A DNA stretch of 64,000 bases from Dehalococcoidia bacterium. Its GTDB lineage: Bacteria > Chloroflexota > Dehalococcoidia > Lucifugimonadales > UBA2962. The translations under genes and the position numbers were made by a program. Of this stretch, positions 1-12,500 are shown piece by piece (the stretch's first letter is position 1; each line of letters opens with the position of its first letter). The DNA lies in the NCBI GenBank assembly GCA_965207145.1, contig OZ242262.1:8827-72826 (forward strand), given 5' to 3'. Under the pieces are notes generated by a model. The model searched no databases, was not told where the DNA came from, and saw only the letters and a program-made list of their open reading frames with translations.

Positions 1-3000
1 CTCGTCGTCGGCGAAGGTGGCGTTGGCCGCCGCCGACAGCTGCACCAGGAAGGTCTCGTTCTCCTCGTCCATGGTGTCCTGGGTGGTCTCCACCTCCAGG
101 GTGGCGGTGGTGTCTCCGGCGTCGATGGTCACCGTGGTGGCCGTCACCGCCGTGTAGTCCGTGGCCCCGGCCGGGTGGTCCCCGTCGGCGTCCGCCGCCG
201 TCTTCCAGGAGAAGCTCACGTCCCGCCCGCTGGCCGCCGACAGGGTCACCGTGAACTCCGCCGTGCCGCCCTCCGCCACGCTCACGTCGCCCACCGACAG
301 GGTCGGCGTGGCGTCGTCGTCGGTGATGGTGCCGGTGGCGGTCAGCTCCGCCGCCGTGTTAGAGAGGGCGGCGTTGGTCGCCCCCGTCAGGGTCACGATC
401 ACCGTCTCGTCGTCCTCGTCGAGGACGTCCCCCTTTACCGGAATCACGATGTTGGCCGTCGTGGAACCGGCCGGCACGCTCACGCTCAGCGGGTCCGGCG
501 CCGTGTAGTCGCCGGGCGCCTCGGCCGTCCCGGTCAGCGTGTAGGTGACGGTCACCACCTTCCCCGAGGCCGCCGTCAGGCTCACCGGGAAGCTCATATT
601 CGTCGTCGCCGCCGGGTCGTTCCCCTCGGCCACCGCCGCCGCGGGAGCGCCCACCGAGGCCACCGCCGTGGCGTCGTCGTTGTCGGTGATCGTCCCCACG
701 CCCTCGTCGCCGCCGTCGCTGAAGGTCGCGTTGGCCGCCGCCGACAGCTTCACCAGGAAGGTCTCGTCGTGCTCGTCGATGGCGTCCTGGGTCGTCTCCA
801 CCTCCAGGGTCGCGGTCCGGTCCCCGGCGGCGATGGTCACCGTCTGCAGGGTGCCCACCGCCGTGTAGTCCGAAGCCCCCGCCGCGTGCGCCCCCTCGGT
901 GCTGTCCGCCGCCGTCTTCCACGAGAAGCTCACCGCCTTCCCCGAGGCCGCCGACAGCGTCACCGTGAAGGCGACCGTGCCCCCCTCCGTCACGCTCGCG
1001 TCGTTCACCGACAACGTCGGCGTCCCGTCGTCGTCGGTGATGGTGCCCTGGCCCTCGCCGTCGGCGACGGTGGCGTTGGTCGCATCCGACAGCTGCACCA
1101 GGAAGGTCTCGTCGGCCTCGTCCAGGGTGTCCTGGGTCGTCTGCACCTCCAGGGTCTCCGTCGTCGACCCCGCCGCGATGGTCACCGTCTGCAGGGTGCC
1201 CACCGCCGTGTAGTCCGAGGCCCCCGCCGCGTCGGCCCCGGTGGCGTTGGCCGTCTTCCACTTGAAGGTCACCGCCTTGCTGCTGGCCGCCGACAGGGTC
1301 ACCGTGAACTCCGCCGTGCTGCCCTCGGCCACGCTCACGTCGTCCACCGATAGGGTGGGCGCGTCGTCGTTGTCGGTGATGGTGCCGGTGGCCTCGTCGT
1401 CGGCGAAGGTGGCGTTGGCCGCCGCCGACAGCTGCACCAGGAAGGTCTCGTTCTCCTCGTCCATGGTGTCCTGGGTGGTCTCCACCTCCAGGGTGGCGGT
1501 GGTGTCTCCGGCGTCGATGGTCACCGTGGTGGCCGTCACCGCCGTGTAGTCCGTGGCCCCGGCCGGGTGGTCCCCGTCGGCGTCCGCCGCCGTCTTCCAG
1601 GAGAAGCTCACGTCCCGCCCGCTGGCCGCCGACAGGGTCACCGTGAACTCCGCCGTGCCGCCCTCCGCCACGCTCACGTCGCCCACCGACAGGGTCGGCG
1701 TGGCGTCGTCGTCGGTGATGGTGCCGGTGGCGGTCAGCTCCGCCGCCGTGTTAGAGAGGGCGGCGTTGGTCGCCCCCGTCAGGGTCACGATCACCGTCTC
1801 GTCGTCCTCGTCGAGGACGTCCCCCTTTACCGGAATCACGATGTTGGCCGTCGTGGAACCGGCCGGCACGCTCACGCTCAGCGGGTCCGGCGCCGTGTAG
1901 TCGCCGGGCGCCTCGGCCGTCCCGGTCAGCGTGTAGGTGACGGTCACCACCTTCCCCGAGGCCGCCGTCAGGCTCACCGGGAAGCTCATATTCGTCGTCG
2001 CCGCCGGGTCGTTCCCCTCGGCCACCGCCGCCGCGGGAGCGCCCACCGAGGCCACCGCCGTGGCGTCGTCGTTGTCGGTGATCGTCCCCACGCCCTCGTC
2101 GCCGCCGTCGCTGAAGGTCGCGTTGGCCGCCGCCGACAGCTTCACCAGGAAGGTCTCGTCGTGCTCGTCGATGGCGTCCTGGGTCGTCTCCACCTCCAGG
2201 GTCGCGGTCCGGTCCCCGGCGGCGATGGTCACCGTCTGCAGGGTGCCCACCGCCGTGTAGTCCGAAGCCCCCGCCGCGTGCGCCCCCTCGGTGCTGTCCG
2301 CCGCCGTCTTCCACGAGAAGCTCACCGCCTTCCCCGAGGCCGCCGACAGCGTCACCGTGAAGGCGACCGTGCCCCCCTCCGTCACGCTCGCGTCGTTCAC
2401 CGACAACGTCGGCGTCCCGTCGTCGTCGGTGATGGTGCCCTGGCCCTCGCCGTCGGCGACGGTGGCGTTGGTCGCATCCGACAGCTGCACCAGGAAGGTC
2501 TCGTCGGCCTCGTCCAGGGTGTCCTGGGTCGTCTGCACCTCCAGGGTCTCCGTCGTCGACCCCGCCGCGATGGTCACCGTCTGCAGGGTGCCCACCGCCG
2601 TGTAGTCCGAGGCCCCCGCCGCGTCGGCCCCGGTGGCGTTGGCCGTCTTCCACTTGAAGGTCACCGCCTTGCTGCTGGCCGCCGACAGGGTCACCGTGAA
2701 CTCCGCCGTGCTGCCCTCGGCCACGCTCACGTCGTCCACCGATAGGGTGGGCGCGTCGTCGTTGTCGGTGATGGTGCCGGTGGCCTCGTCGTCGGCGAAG
2801 GTGGCGTTGGCCGCCGCCGACAGCTGCACCAGGAAGGTCTCGTTCTCCTCGTCCATGGTGTCCTGGGTGGTCTCCACCTCCAGGGTGGCGGTGGTGTCTC
2901 CGGCGTCGATGGTCACCGTGGTGGCCGTCACCGCCGTGTAGTCCGTGGCCCCGGCCGGGTGGTCCCCGTCGGCGTCCGCCGCCGTCTTCCAGGAGAAGCT

Positions 3001-3597
3001 CACGTCCCGCCCGCTGGCCGCCGACAGGGTCACCGTGAACTCCGCCGTGCCGCCCTCCGCCACGCTCACGTCGCCCACCGACAGGGTCGGCGTGGCGTCG
3101 TCGTCGGTGATGGTGCCGGTGGCGGTCAGCTCCGCCGCCGTGTTAGAGAGGGCGGCGTTGGTCGCCCCCGTCAGGGTCACGATCACCGTCTCGTCGTCCT
3201 CGTCGAGGACGTCCCCCTTTACCGGAATCACGATGTTGGCCGTCGTGGAACCGGCCGGCACGCTCACGCTCAGCGGGTCCGGCGCCGTGTAGTCGCCGGG
3301 CGCCTCGGCCGTCCCGGTCAGCGTGTAGGTGACGGTCACCACCTTCCCCGAGGCCGCCGTCAGGCTCACCGGGAAGCTCATATTCGTCGTCGCCGCCGGG
3401 TCGTTCCCCTCGGCCACCGCCGCCGCGGGAGCGCCCACCGAGGCCACCGCCGTGGCGTCGTCGTTGTCGGTGATCGTCCCCACGCCCTCGTCGCCGCCGT
3501 CGCTGAAGGTCGCGTTGGCCGCCGCCGACAGCTTCACCAGGAAGGTCTCGTCGTGCTCGTCGATGGCGTCCTGGGTCGTCTCCACCTCCAGGGTCGC
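1..3597 (-). repeat. Nucleotide-perfect 1,392-bp tandem repeat, at least 2.58 copies; each unit encodes 4 diverged Calx-beta modules inside the giant gene.
   Basis: Positions 1.., 1393.. and 2785.. start identically (ctcgtcgtcggcgaaggtgg...). ORF-track proteins at 161/1553/2945, 175/1567, 359/1751, 545/1937, 899/2291 and 1241/2633 are identical. The first mismatch between copy 3 and copy 1 is at 3598 (equivalent to position 814). The repeat touches the left window edge. Confidence 0.9.
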
Positions 3598-6500
3598 CGT
3601 CAGGCCCCCGGGGTAGATGGTCACCGTCTGCAGGGTGCCCACCGCCGTGTAGTCCGCAGCCCCCGCCGCGTGGGCGTCCTCGGTCTCGTCCGCCGCCGTC
3701 TTCCACGAGAAGCTCACCGCCTTCCCCGAGGCCGCCGACAGCGTCACCGTGAACCCCGCCGTGTCACCCTCCACCACGCTCACGTCGTCCACCGACAACG
3801 TCGGCGTCCCGTCGTCGTCGGTGATGTCGCCGATGGCCGCCTTTTGGGACGGCGTGTCAGGCAGTTTCGCGTTCGTCGCCCCCGTCAGAGTGACGATGAT
3901 GTACTCGTCGTCCTCGTCCAGCATGTCCCCCTTGATCGGCACCACGATGTTGGCTGTGGTCGCACCCGCCGCGATGGTCACGCTGAGAGGGTCGGACTTG
4001 ATGTAGTCGCTGCCTGGACTGGCGCTGCCGCCGAGGACGTATGTCACCGTCACGTCCTTGCCCGAGGCCGCCGTCAGGCTCACCGGGAAGCTCATGTCGG
4101 TCGTCTTGGTTGGGTCGTCGCCCTCCGGCACCGCCGCCCCCGGCGCGGCGACCGAGACGGTTGGCGCGTCGTCGTCCACCGGCGCGTCGTCGTTGTCGGT
4201 GATGGTCCCCTGGCCCTCGGCGTCGGCGAAGGTGGCGTTGGCCGCCGCCGACAGCTGCACCAGGAAGGTCTCGTCCTCCTCGCCCAGGGTGTCCTGGACC
4301 GTCTGCACCTTCAGCTTCACCGTCTTGAACCCCGCCGCGATGGTCGCGTCGGTCTCCGCCACCGCCGTGTAGTCCGAAGCCCCCGCCGCGTGGGTCCCGT
4401 CTGCGTCCGCCGCCGTCTTCCACTTGAAGAAGACCGCCTTGCCCGAGGCCGCCGAGAGGGTCGCCGTGAACTCCGCCAAGCCCCCCTCGGCCACGCTCAC
4501 GTCGTTCACCGACAGGGTCGGCGCGTCGTCGTCGTCGGTGATGGTTCCCGTGGCCTGGCCGTCGACAATGGTGGCGTTTCGTGGCTGCGAGAGCTTTATG
4601 AGGAAGGTCTCGTCATGCTCGTCCAGCGTGTCCCCGACGGTTCGCACTGCGAGCCGGCCGCTGGTGTTGCCCGCCTTGACTCTGACAATACCTGTGTCGT
4701 ATACGAAATCCTTTTGCTGTTCAGCCGGGTGGTCCCCGGTGCTGTCTGGACTCGTCCGCCACCCGACGAACACATCCGTAGGCGCGATCCTGCTTATGCT
4801 GACTGTGAACACCATCGTCTTGCCTTCGGCCACGGTGAGGTCGGCGATCGACAGCTCTATCGTCTCGTCGTCGTCGGTGATGGTCCCCGTGGCCGTCAGG
4901 TCCGACGCGTCCTCGTCCAGCGCCGCGTTGGTCGCCCCGGTCAGGGTCACGATCACCGTCTCGTCGTCCTCGTACAGCACGTCCCCCCTGATGGGGATGA
5001 CGATGTTGGCCGTGGTCGACCCCGCCGGCACGCTCACGCTCAGCGGGTTGGGCGCCGTGTAGTCGCCGGGCGCCCTCGCCGTCCCGGTCAGCGTGTAGGT
5101 GACGGTCACCACCCTCCCCGAGGCCGCCGTCAGGCTCACCGGGAAGCTCATGTTCGTCGTCGCCGCCGGGTCGTCGCCTTCGATGACCGCCTTGGCGTCG
5201 CCGATGGACACGACGGCGGTCTGCGCATCGTCGTCTTTGATGGTCGCGGTTACGGTCACCCGGGGGTCCAGACCTCTTGTGGCGTAATCCGTGCCATCGT
5301 CTGTAATAACGAAGTGAACTTCGTCGGAATGAATGGAATTCCCGACACTGGCGTTAAGCTCAATGAGGAAGGTCTCGTCATGCTCGTCCAAGGTGTCCCC
5401 GGCGGTCTGCACGGTTATAAATTTGTCGATGTCAGGCGCAGAGTAGGTGGTTGCCCAGGTGATGGTGCCGGTTGTCACCGGGGTATAGTCGCTGGTGCCC
5501 GCCGGGTGGTCGCCATCGGCGTCCGCGGCCGTGTTCCATTCCAGGGTGACGTCGTCCCCTTCCGCGGGGGAGCCAAAGTTAATATGTTGGATCTGCACCT
5601 TGAAGGTGACGGGATCCCCTTCATCGACCGGCTTGACCGGGTGAATCACAATAGCGGCCCGAATTACGTCGGTTACCGTTACCTCCACGTTCAGCCTGGA
5701 GGCCAAGCCCGATTCATCGGTCGCCACCAGTGTAACCTCGTACACGTTGTCCCCGTCCTTGTCCTTGGGGTCCTCGAAGTCCTGGGCGGCCAGGGACAGT
5801 TTGGCCCTGGTCACGTCGGGGGTGGTCATTGACGTGTCGGTCACGGTGAAGAGGTCGGCGTCGTCCCCGCCGAGCGTCCAGGCGATGGCGCCGGTCGGGT
5901 TGCCCGCAACCGTGAACTCACCGCTCCACGCCACATTCTCCAAAACTCTGTACTCTGCCCTTCCACGCAGGGAGAATCTGTCGCTGATGGTGCCCACCGC
6001 CTCGGCGTCGAAAATGGTCGCGTTGGTGGGAGAAGAGAGCTGCACCAGGAAGGTCTCGTCGTGCTCGTCGATGGCGTCCTGGACGATCTGCACCTCCAGG
6101 GTCGCCGTCCGGTCCCCCGCCGCGATGGTCGCCGTCGTGGCCGTCACCGCCGTGTAGTCCGTGGCCCCGGCCGGGTTGGCTCCGTCGGTCTCGTCCGCCG
6201 CCGTCTTCCACTGGAACGTGACGTCCCTGGCGGAGACCGTCGACAGCGTCACCGTGAAGGCAGCCTTGCTCCCTTCGGACGCGCCGGCGTCGGCCACTGA
6301 CAAGGTGGGCGGGGCGTCGTTGTCAACGATAGTCGCGGTCACGCTCGCCGTGGCGTTCGGACCCAGCTTAACGACGTCGCGATTGCCTAAAATGGTGAAT
6401 TCCACTTCGTGGGGATGAACGGGATGCTTGGCAATGGCGTTTAGTTCGATCAGGAAGGTCTCGTCGAACTCATCCAGCGCGTCCTGGGTGGTCTGCACGG

Positions 6501-9500
6501 TGATCGTTTCGACGACGTCTTCTAAGCCCCTGCTGCCTGGCCAGCCAATGGTCTGGTCTGTCACCGGGGTATAGTCGCCGGCGTCCGCCGGATGGTCGCC
6601 GTCGGCGTCCGCGGCCGTGTTCCATTCCAGGGTGATTTTTTCCAGCGTCGAATCTTCGATGAGCGAGAAGACCCTCACCGTGAATGAGACGGCATTCCCT
6701 TCATCCACCGCCGTGGGCGGTTCAAACACAACGCCGCCAATGCTTACGTTGGTGACCGTGACTTGCACGTCAGTTGCAGCGGACAGGCCCTTCGTATCGG
6801 TGGCCACCAGCGTGACCTCGTAAACGTTGTCCCCGTCCTTGTCCTTGGGGTCTTCAAAGTCCTGGGCGGGCAGGTCTATCTGTGCCTGTACCGAAAGGCT
6901 TGATGAAATGCTGACAACGGTGAAGAGGTCGGCGTCGTCCCCGGTAAGCGTCCAGGTGACGTCGTCGTGCGGATTGCCGTAGATGACGAAACTGTCGCCA
7001 GGACTGCTCCAGGCAACATTTTCGGTCGCTTCGAAACTGGTGTCTCCGGTGATCTGGAACCCGTCGGTGATGGTGCCTTCGCCCTCGCCGTCGGAGATGG
7101 TGGCGTCGGTGGGCGAGGACAGCCGCACCAGGAACGTCTCGTCCTCCTCGTCCATCGTGTCCTGGGCGGTCTCCACCTCCAGGGTCGCGGTCGTCGACCC
7201 CGCCATGATCGTCACCGTCTGCAAAGTGGTCACCGCGGTGTAGTCCGTTCCCGCCGTGGCCGGATTGGCCCCGGTTGCGTCGTCGGACGTTCCCCACTTG
7301 AAGGTCACCGCCTGCTCCGAGGCCGCGCTCAGGGTCACCTCGAAGGCCACCTTGCTGCCCTCGGGCGCTTCGGCGTCGGCCACCGACAGGGTGGGCGGGG
7401 CATCGTCGTCGGTGATGGTGCCCGTGGCCGTCAGGTCCGCGGCCGTGGCGGACAGCTCCGCGTTGACGGCCCCGGTCAGGGTAACGGTCACCGTCTCGTC
7501 CTCCTCGTCCACCACGTCGCCCTTGACCGGGATGACGATGTTGGCCGTGGTAGACCCGGCGGGGATGGTGACTTCCAGCGGGTCCGGGGTCGTGTAGTCG
7601 CTGACCTCCTCGGCCGTCCCGCCTGTGGCCGTCCCGCCCAGGGTGTAGGTTAGCGTAGCGTCGCTGTTCCTGGCCGCCGACAGGCTCACCGGGAAGTTCA
7701 GGGCAGTCGTCTTGGTTGGGTCGTCGCCCTCGGCCACCGCTGCCGCCGGGGCCGCCACCGACGCTATGGGGAAGCTGGTGACGGTTACCCGCACGGCCTG
7801 GGTATCGCTATTGCCGTCTTCGTCGGTGGCCCGGGCGGTTACCTGGTACACGTTGTCCGTGTTCTGGTCCTTCGGGTCATCGAAGTCCTGGGCCGGCAGG
7901 GAGATGACGCCGGTGTCCGCGTCAATGGTGAAGCGCGCGTCGTCGTCCCCTTCCAGGGTCCAGGTCACGTGGCCCAGGGGAGCGCCGGAAACCGTTGGGA
8001 CGGGCGATTCCCAGTCCAGACCCTCCAGTCGCTCCGCGTCGCTGTAACCGCTGACGACCACCGAACCCAGGTCATCGTTCCGGATGGTTATCCGGGGCAT
8101 CCGGTACGATTGGTTACCACCGACGGGGAAATATCCCCTGTAACGAGGCTGCGGGGGATTGACGGAAGCTATATAGAACAAAACCCCCAGGTCTTCATCG
8201 GCTTCAACGCGGCTGTCCTCAGTGGTGGGGACGGGCAATTTCCAGGATTGAGTTCCCGACAATATAAGAACGGTGCGTGACGGATAACTCCCGTATCCGG
8301 TAATTCGTCTGCCCCGTTCCCAGCCGGTGTAGTCCACGTCGTCGTCGGCTGCCGGATTGCTGACCCCGGCAGTTGTCAGGTACACCAGACCCGTTACGAG
8401 ACGCGTCAACGGGTTGGTTGAATTGAACAAGATGTCAACCGTTTCCCCTTCGTCCACCACCCGGTCGGGGATGTAAAGATCCGTTTGGGTGGAGTCGTTG
8501 ATCTCGACGGTGGACTCGCCTTCCACGGGGTGGATGTTCAGCCCGGCGGACGCCTCTTCCAGGAAAACGGTGAAGGTCTCGGGCACGGGCTCTGCCCGGC
8601 CGTCCTCGAATATGACGACATCGACCGTCTGCGCCGTTTCTCCGGGGGCGAAGGTGATCTTTTCGCGGACGGGCTGATAATCCTCTCCGGCGATTGCGGT
8701 GCCGTTCCTGACGTCGACGAAGACCTCCAGCGCCTGCGTGTGGGGCTTGGAAAGGCTGACGGTGAACCGGGCGCGCCCGGCGTCCTCGTTCACCGAGGCG
8801 GGGCCGCTCACGGACGCCTGGGGCCGCTCGTCGTCAATGATGGTGGTGGTGAGCACCAACCCCAGCCGGGCGTCAGGCGAGAACAGGCTCCACCCCCTCC
8901 CAACGAACGGATAGAGCCACAGGGACAGGGTTTCGTTGCCTTCTGCCAAACTGTCTCCGCGGGGCCGCACACCAAACGTAATCTCGCGGAGTGTTCCCCC
9001 AAATTGTACGGTGTGAATCTCCGCCAGCTCGCCAATTCGAGTTCGCTCATGGCATTCCACTAAACTCGCCCGGAACTCGCCGTTGGCGATTTTGCCAACT
9101 GAGACATCCGTGCTGCCGGCGGCGCCCACAGTCAGGCCCCGAGGCGTCGCTCCTCCCGGGAAATTCCGGGGGTTGGGACGCGTCAGGGCGCACACCTGAA
9201 ATCCGAACTCGTCCCATGGAAAGTTCACTTCATCGGGATGCGCCGTCCGTCTGATCTTCACCTGATAGATCGTGTCGTCGTCCCAGTCGGCAGTCGTGCC
9301 CTCGGGAAGGGCCGCGGGGAGGACGCCGACGATCTCCCAGGTCAGGGCGTCGTCGTCCTCGATTTCGGCATAGCCGACGACGTTGCTGAAGTCGATGCTG
9401 GCTTCGTCGCCGCTGATGGTCACCCGGAACTCTTCGGTGTTCTCGATGAAATCGTCGTCATTGACCGTGACCGAAACCGTCTTCTCGGTTTCGCCGGCCG

Positions 9501-12500
9501 CGAAGGTGACGGAGCCGCTGGCGGCGGTGAAGTCATTCTCTCCCTGGTTGCCGTTGCCTCCGCTGCGGGCCGAATGGAGTGGGCCCGAGGCCCCGTCGCT
9601 CGTTGCCCACCGGACGGTCACGGCCGAGGTCTGGGCCGGCTTGAGGCTGATCACGAAATCGGCCGTGGCGCCGGGACCCTCGGTGACCGGGGCGGCGTCG
9701 GCGATGGCTACCTGCATGGTGTCGTCGTTCTTGATGGTGCCCACGGCGGTGGGGTCCCGGAACTTGGCATGGGGCGCGTGGGCCAGCTGGATCCGGAACT
9801 GCTCGTCGACCTCGGGCTCGATGTCGGGCTGGGAATCCACCACGATGGTCTTGCTCAGCTCGCCCGGCGCGAAGGTGACGGTCTGCCGCGCCGTAACGCC
9901 CACGTAGTCATTGTCCAAGACACTGGCGGTGTCGTCCTCCGTCACCCATATCACCGACACCGGCCTCTCCGAGGCGGCGTCCAGGGAGATGGTGAATTCG
10001 AGGCTGCCGCCTTCCACTGCCTCGGCGTCGCCAATGGACATCCAGGGCCGGGAGTCGTCGTCACGCACGGTCACCACCGCGTCAGCGTCGTCGGGCAGGG
10101 CGCCGGTAACGGAGACCACCGTCACGGTGAAGTACTGGTCGCCCTCGTCTATCGTGTCTTGCAGCGTCTGCACCGCGGGCAAGTCGATACTGGTCTCACC
10201 GGCGGGGATGGTGGCGGACTGCATGGTCCGCGCCGTGTAGTCCTTGCCTGCCTTGGCGGTGTGGGCGTCGTCGGCGCCGTTGCCGCCGTCCTGGGTCTTC
10301 CAGGTGAAAGTGACGTCGGTGGCCGACGGATCGCTGAGGGTGGCCCGCACGTGAGCCGGCTGCCCTTCGGTGACCTTGTCTTCCAGGACCGTCAGCGACA
10401 GGCCGGGCCGGTCCACGATGGTGATGGTGGGCATGGAGACGCTGGCCGCCAGGTCTGCATACTCGTAGTTGACCCCGAACAGTTGTTTTCGGACACGTTC
10501 ATTTTCTGGCGCAACGCCCAGCAAGAAAAGGCTGGCCCCGGCTTCAAACTCCAGGGTGAAGGTTTCCAGACCCTCGCCGCTTATCCCGTCGTCATGAACT
10601 CCAATCGCCTTGCGACCAGTGGTTTGGCCTTTCGGGACATGGATCCAAAAGGCCGTGCCGCTCAGGTCTCGATAATCAACCCCTCCCGTCGCCGTAATGT
10701 CTTTGGTCTTGAAGTTGGCGGACAGATCGTAGGGCACGGGCCTGGAGAGGGTGAGACGAACCACGGCCGAGACTCCTTCCAGCACCGTGGCGTCATCCAC
10801 GGCAACCGTCAGTTCCACCGGGTCGTCGTCGTTGAGGATGATGCCGCGAGAGATGAGGCCGCCGCCTCCGCAAGAAGGCACGCCGCGGAAGCAGGCGTTC
10901 ACCGCGTTGGTAAAGCTAATCCACACGACTTCATCGGGTTCTTTCTCGTAATCGCCCTTGACGGTAACCTCAACCTTCTTTCGCGTTTCGCCGGGCAGGA
11001 AGGTGAGGGTGCCGGAACTCAGGGCCTCATAGTCCGTGCCCGATGTGGCCTGGTCAGGCAGTCCGGTTCCGGCCCGAGAGATTCTTGCGTAGTTCACTTT
11101 GACCGTCCGGCCGCTGGACCGGTCCAGCCGGACAACGTAGGTGAGCTTGGCGGTTTCCCCTTCGTCGGGCTCCCTCACCGTCGAACTGGTCACGGACACG
11201 ATTGGCGGGTCGTCGTCATCCGTGATGGTCAGTTCCTTCAGGAAATAGCGATGTTCATTGCCGTCAGCGTCGGTCTCTACTATGGGCTGGCCGCCGTCGG
11301 CGTCGACCGCCCGCAACCCTTCGGCATTGCCATAGAACACCAGGATGCATTCGTCGTTCTCATCCAGAACATCCCGGCGGGTATAGACCTCGAAGTGCCT
11401 GGTCTGGTCTCCTGGCCCAAAGGTGAAGCGCTGTGAATTCACTGCCCGGTAATCCACGTGCTCCACCGCTTGTTTTTCGCCGCCGGCGCAATGGCTGCCC
11501 GTTGGCTCGACGACTTCGGCGAGGATGCTGGCATGCTCGCCGGGCCGCAGCGCCCGCGCCAGGGTGACGGGCAGCCGGGCCGCCTCACCCTCCGCCACCG
11601 TGCCGCCGCGGATCGTGACGTCGACGGTGTCTTCGCTTTCGATGAAGCCGTAGGCCTTGAGGGTTGTATCCGGAGTTCCGTCGCCGTCCTGGTCGGGAAA
11701 CTCCAAGTTGCCGGATGGATTGCTGAGGGTCAGGGTAAAAGCCTCCACCCCCTCAACGAGATTGTCGTCGACCGGGGTGACAACAATCTCCTGTACCTTG
11801 GTGTCCAGGAAGGAGAGTGTTCCCGATGCGCCGCCGGCGGGCGGCGTGTAGTCGCCGGCGCTGGCGGCATTACTGAAATCGGGTGGGGCGTCGGGTGTGA
11901 TGGCGTAGTTGACGGTTTGAGCGGCGCCCTGTGGCGCGGTCGGCAACTCAACCCGAAAGACGACCTTGCCGTCCTTCTTGGCAGCTTCTGTGGCGCCGTC
12001 GTCCCAGTCCTCCTTGCCTCGGTCGTTTGCCACGTTGACGGGGAGCGGCCGGTTGGTGATAGTGACCGTTATCTTGTTGTTGGGAAAACTAACTTCCGGA
12101 TCCGAAAAGTTGAAGGGTTGGAAATCAATTGCGAACCTTTCCGGCTTCTCCGCTATACCATCCCAGATTGCCTCCAAGGATATGGTTGCGGTGCGAGCCT
12201 CTTCCGAACTGCCGCTAAGCGTTATAGTCCCCTGCCGAACGACAGTGTTTCCCCCAACCTTCGCCGTGAAGTCCTGTCCATATATACCAGCGGACCCGTA
12301 AGTTTCGGTGATGTCGATCGAGGGAATAAAGGTATAGTAAAATTTGCGCTCTCGGGTTCCGGAATTTGCCGGTATCGTTAGCGTGATGTCTTGGGCCGGT
12401 CCGCCTTCTAGAATCGTGACGCTGGTCGGGGATACTGTCACTGGGACACGGTCTGGGCCCTGCTGGGCCGAGACGTCACTGGCGAACAGGCCGACAAGGG

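Noticed and set aside
1-3597. The regular repeat could be mistaken for a CRISPR-like or satellite array.
   Set aside because: The period is 1,392 bp, there is no short repeat/spacer structure, and the repeat lies entirely within an open reading frame encoding Calx-beta modules.
2959-5832. Very long plus-strand ORFs across the first 12.4 kb (for example 2959..5832 at 957 aa, 9238..11436 at 732 aa, and 175..1353).
   Set aside because: Their translations are Arg/Gly/His/Val-rich nonsense with no motifs. They are antisense or off-frame readings of the GC-rich minus-strand Calx-beta gene, whose own frame gives textbook domain sequence.
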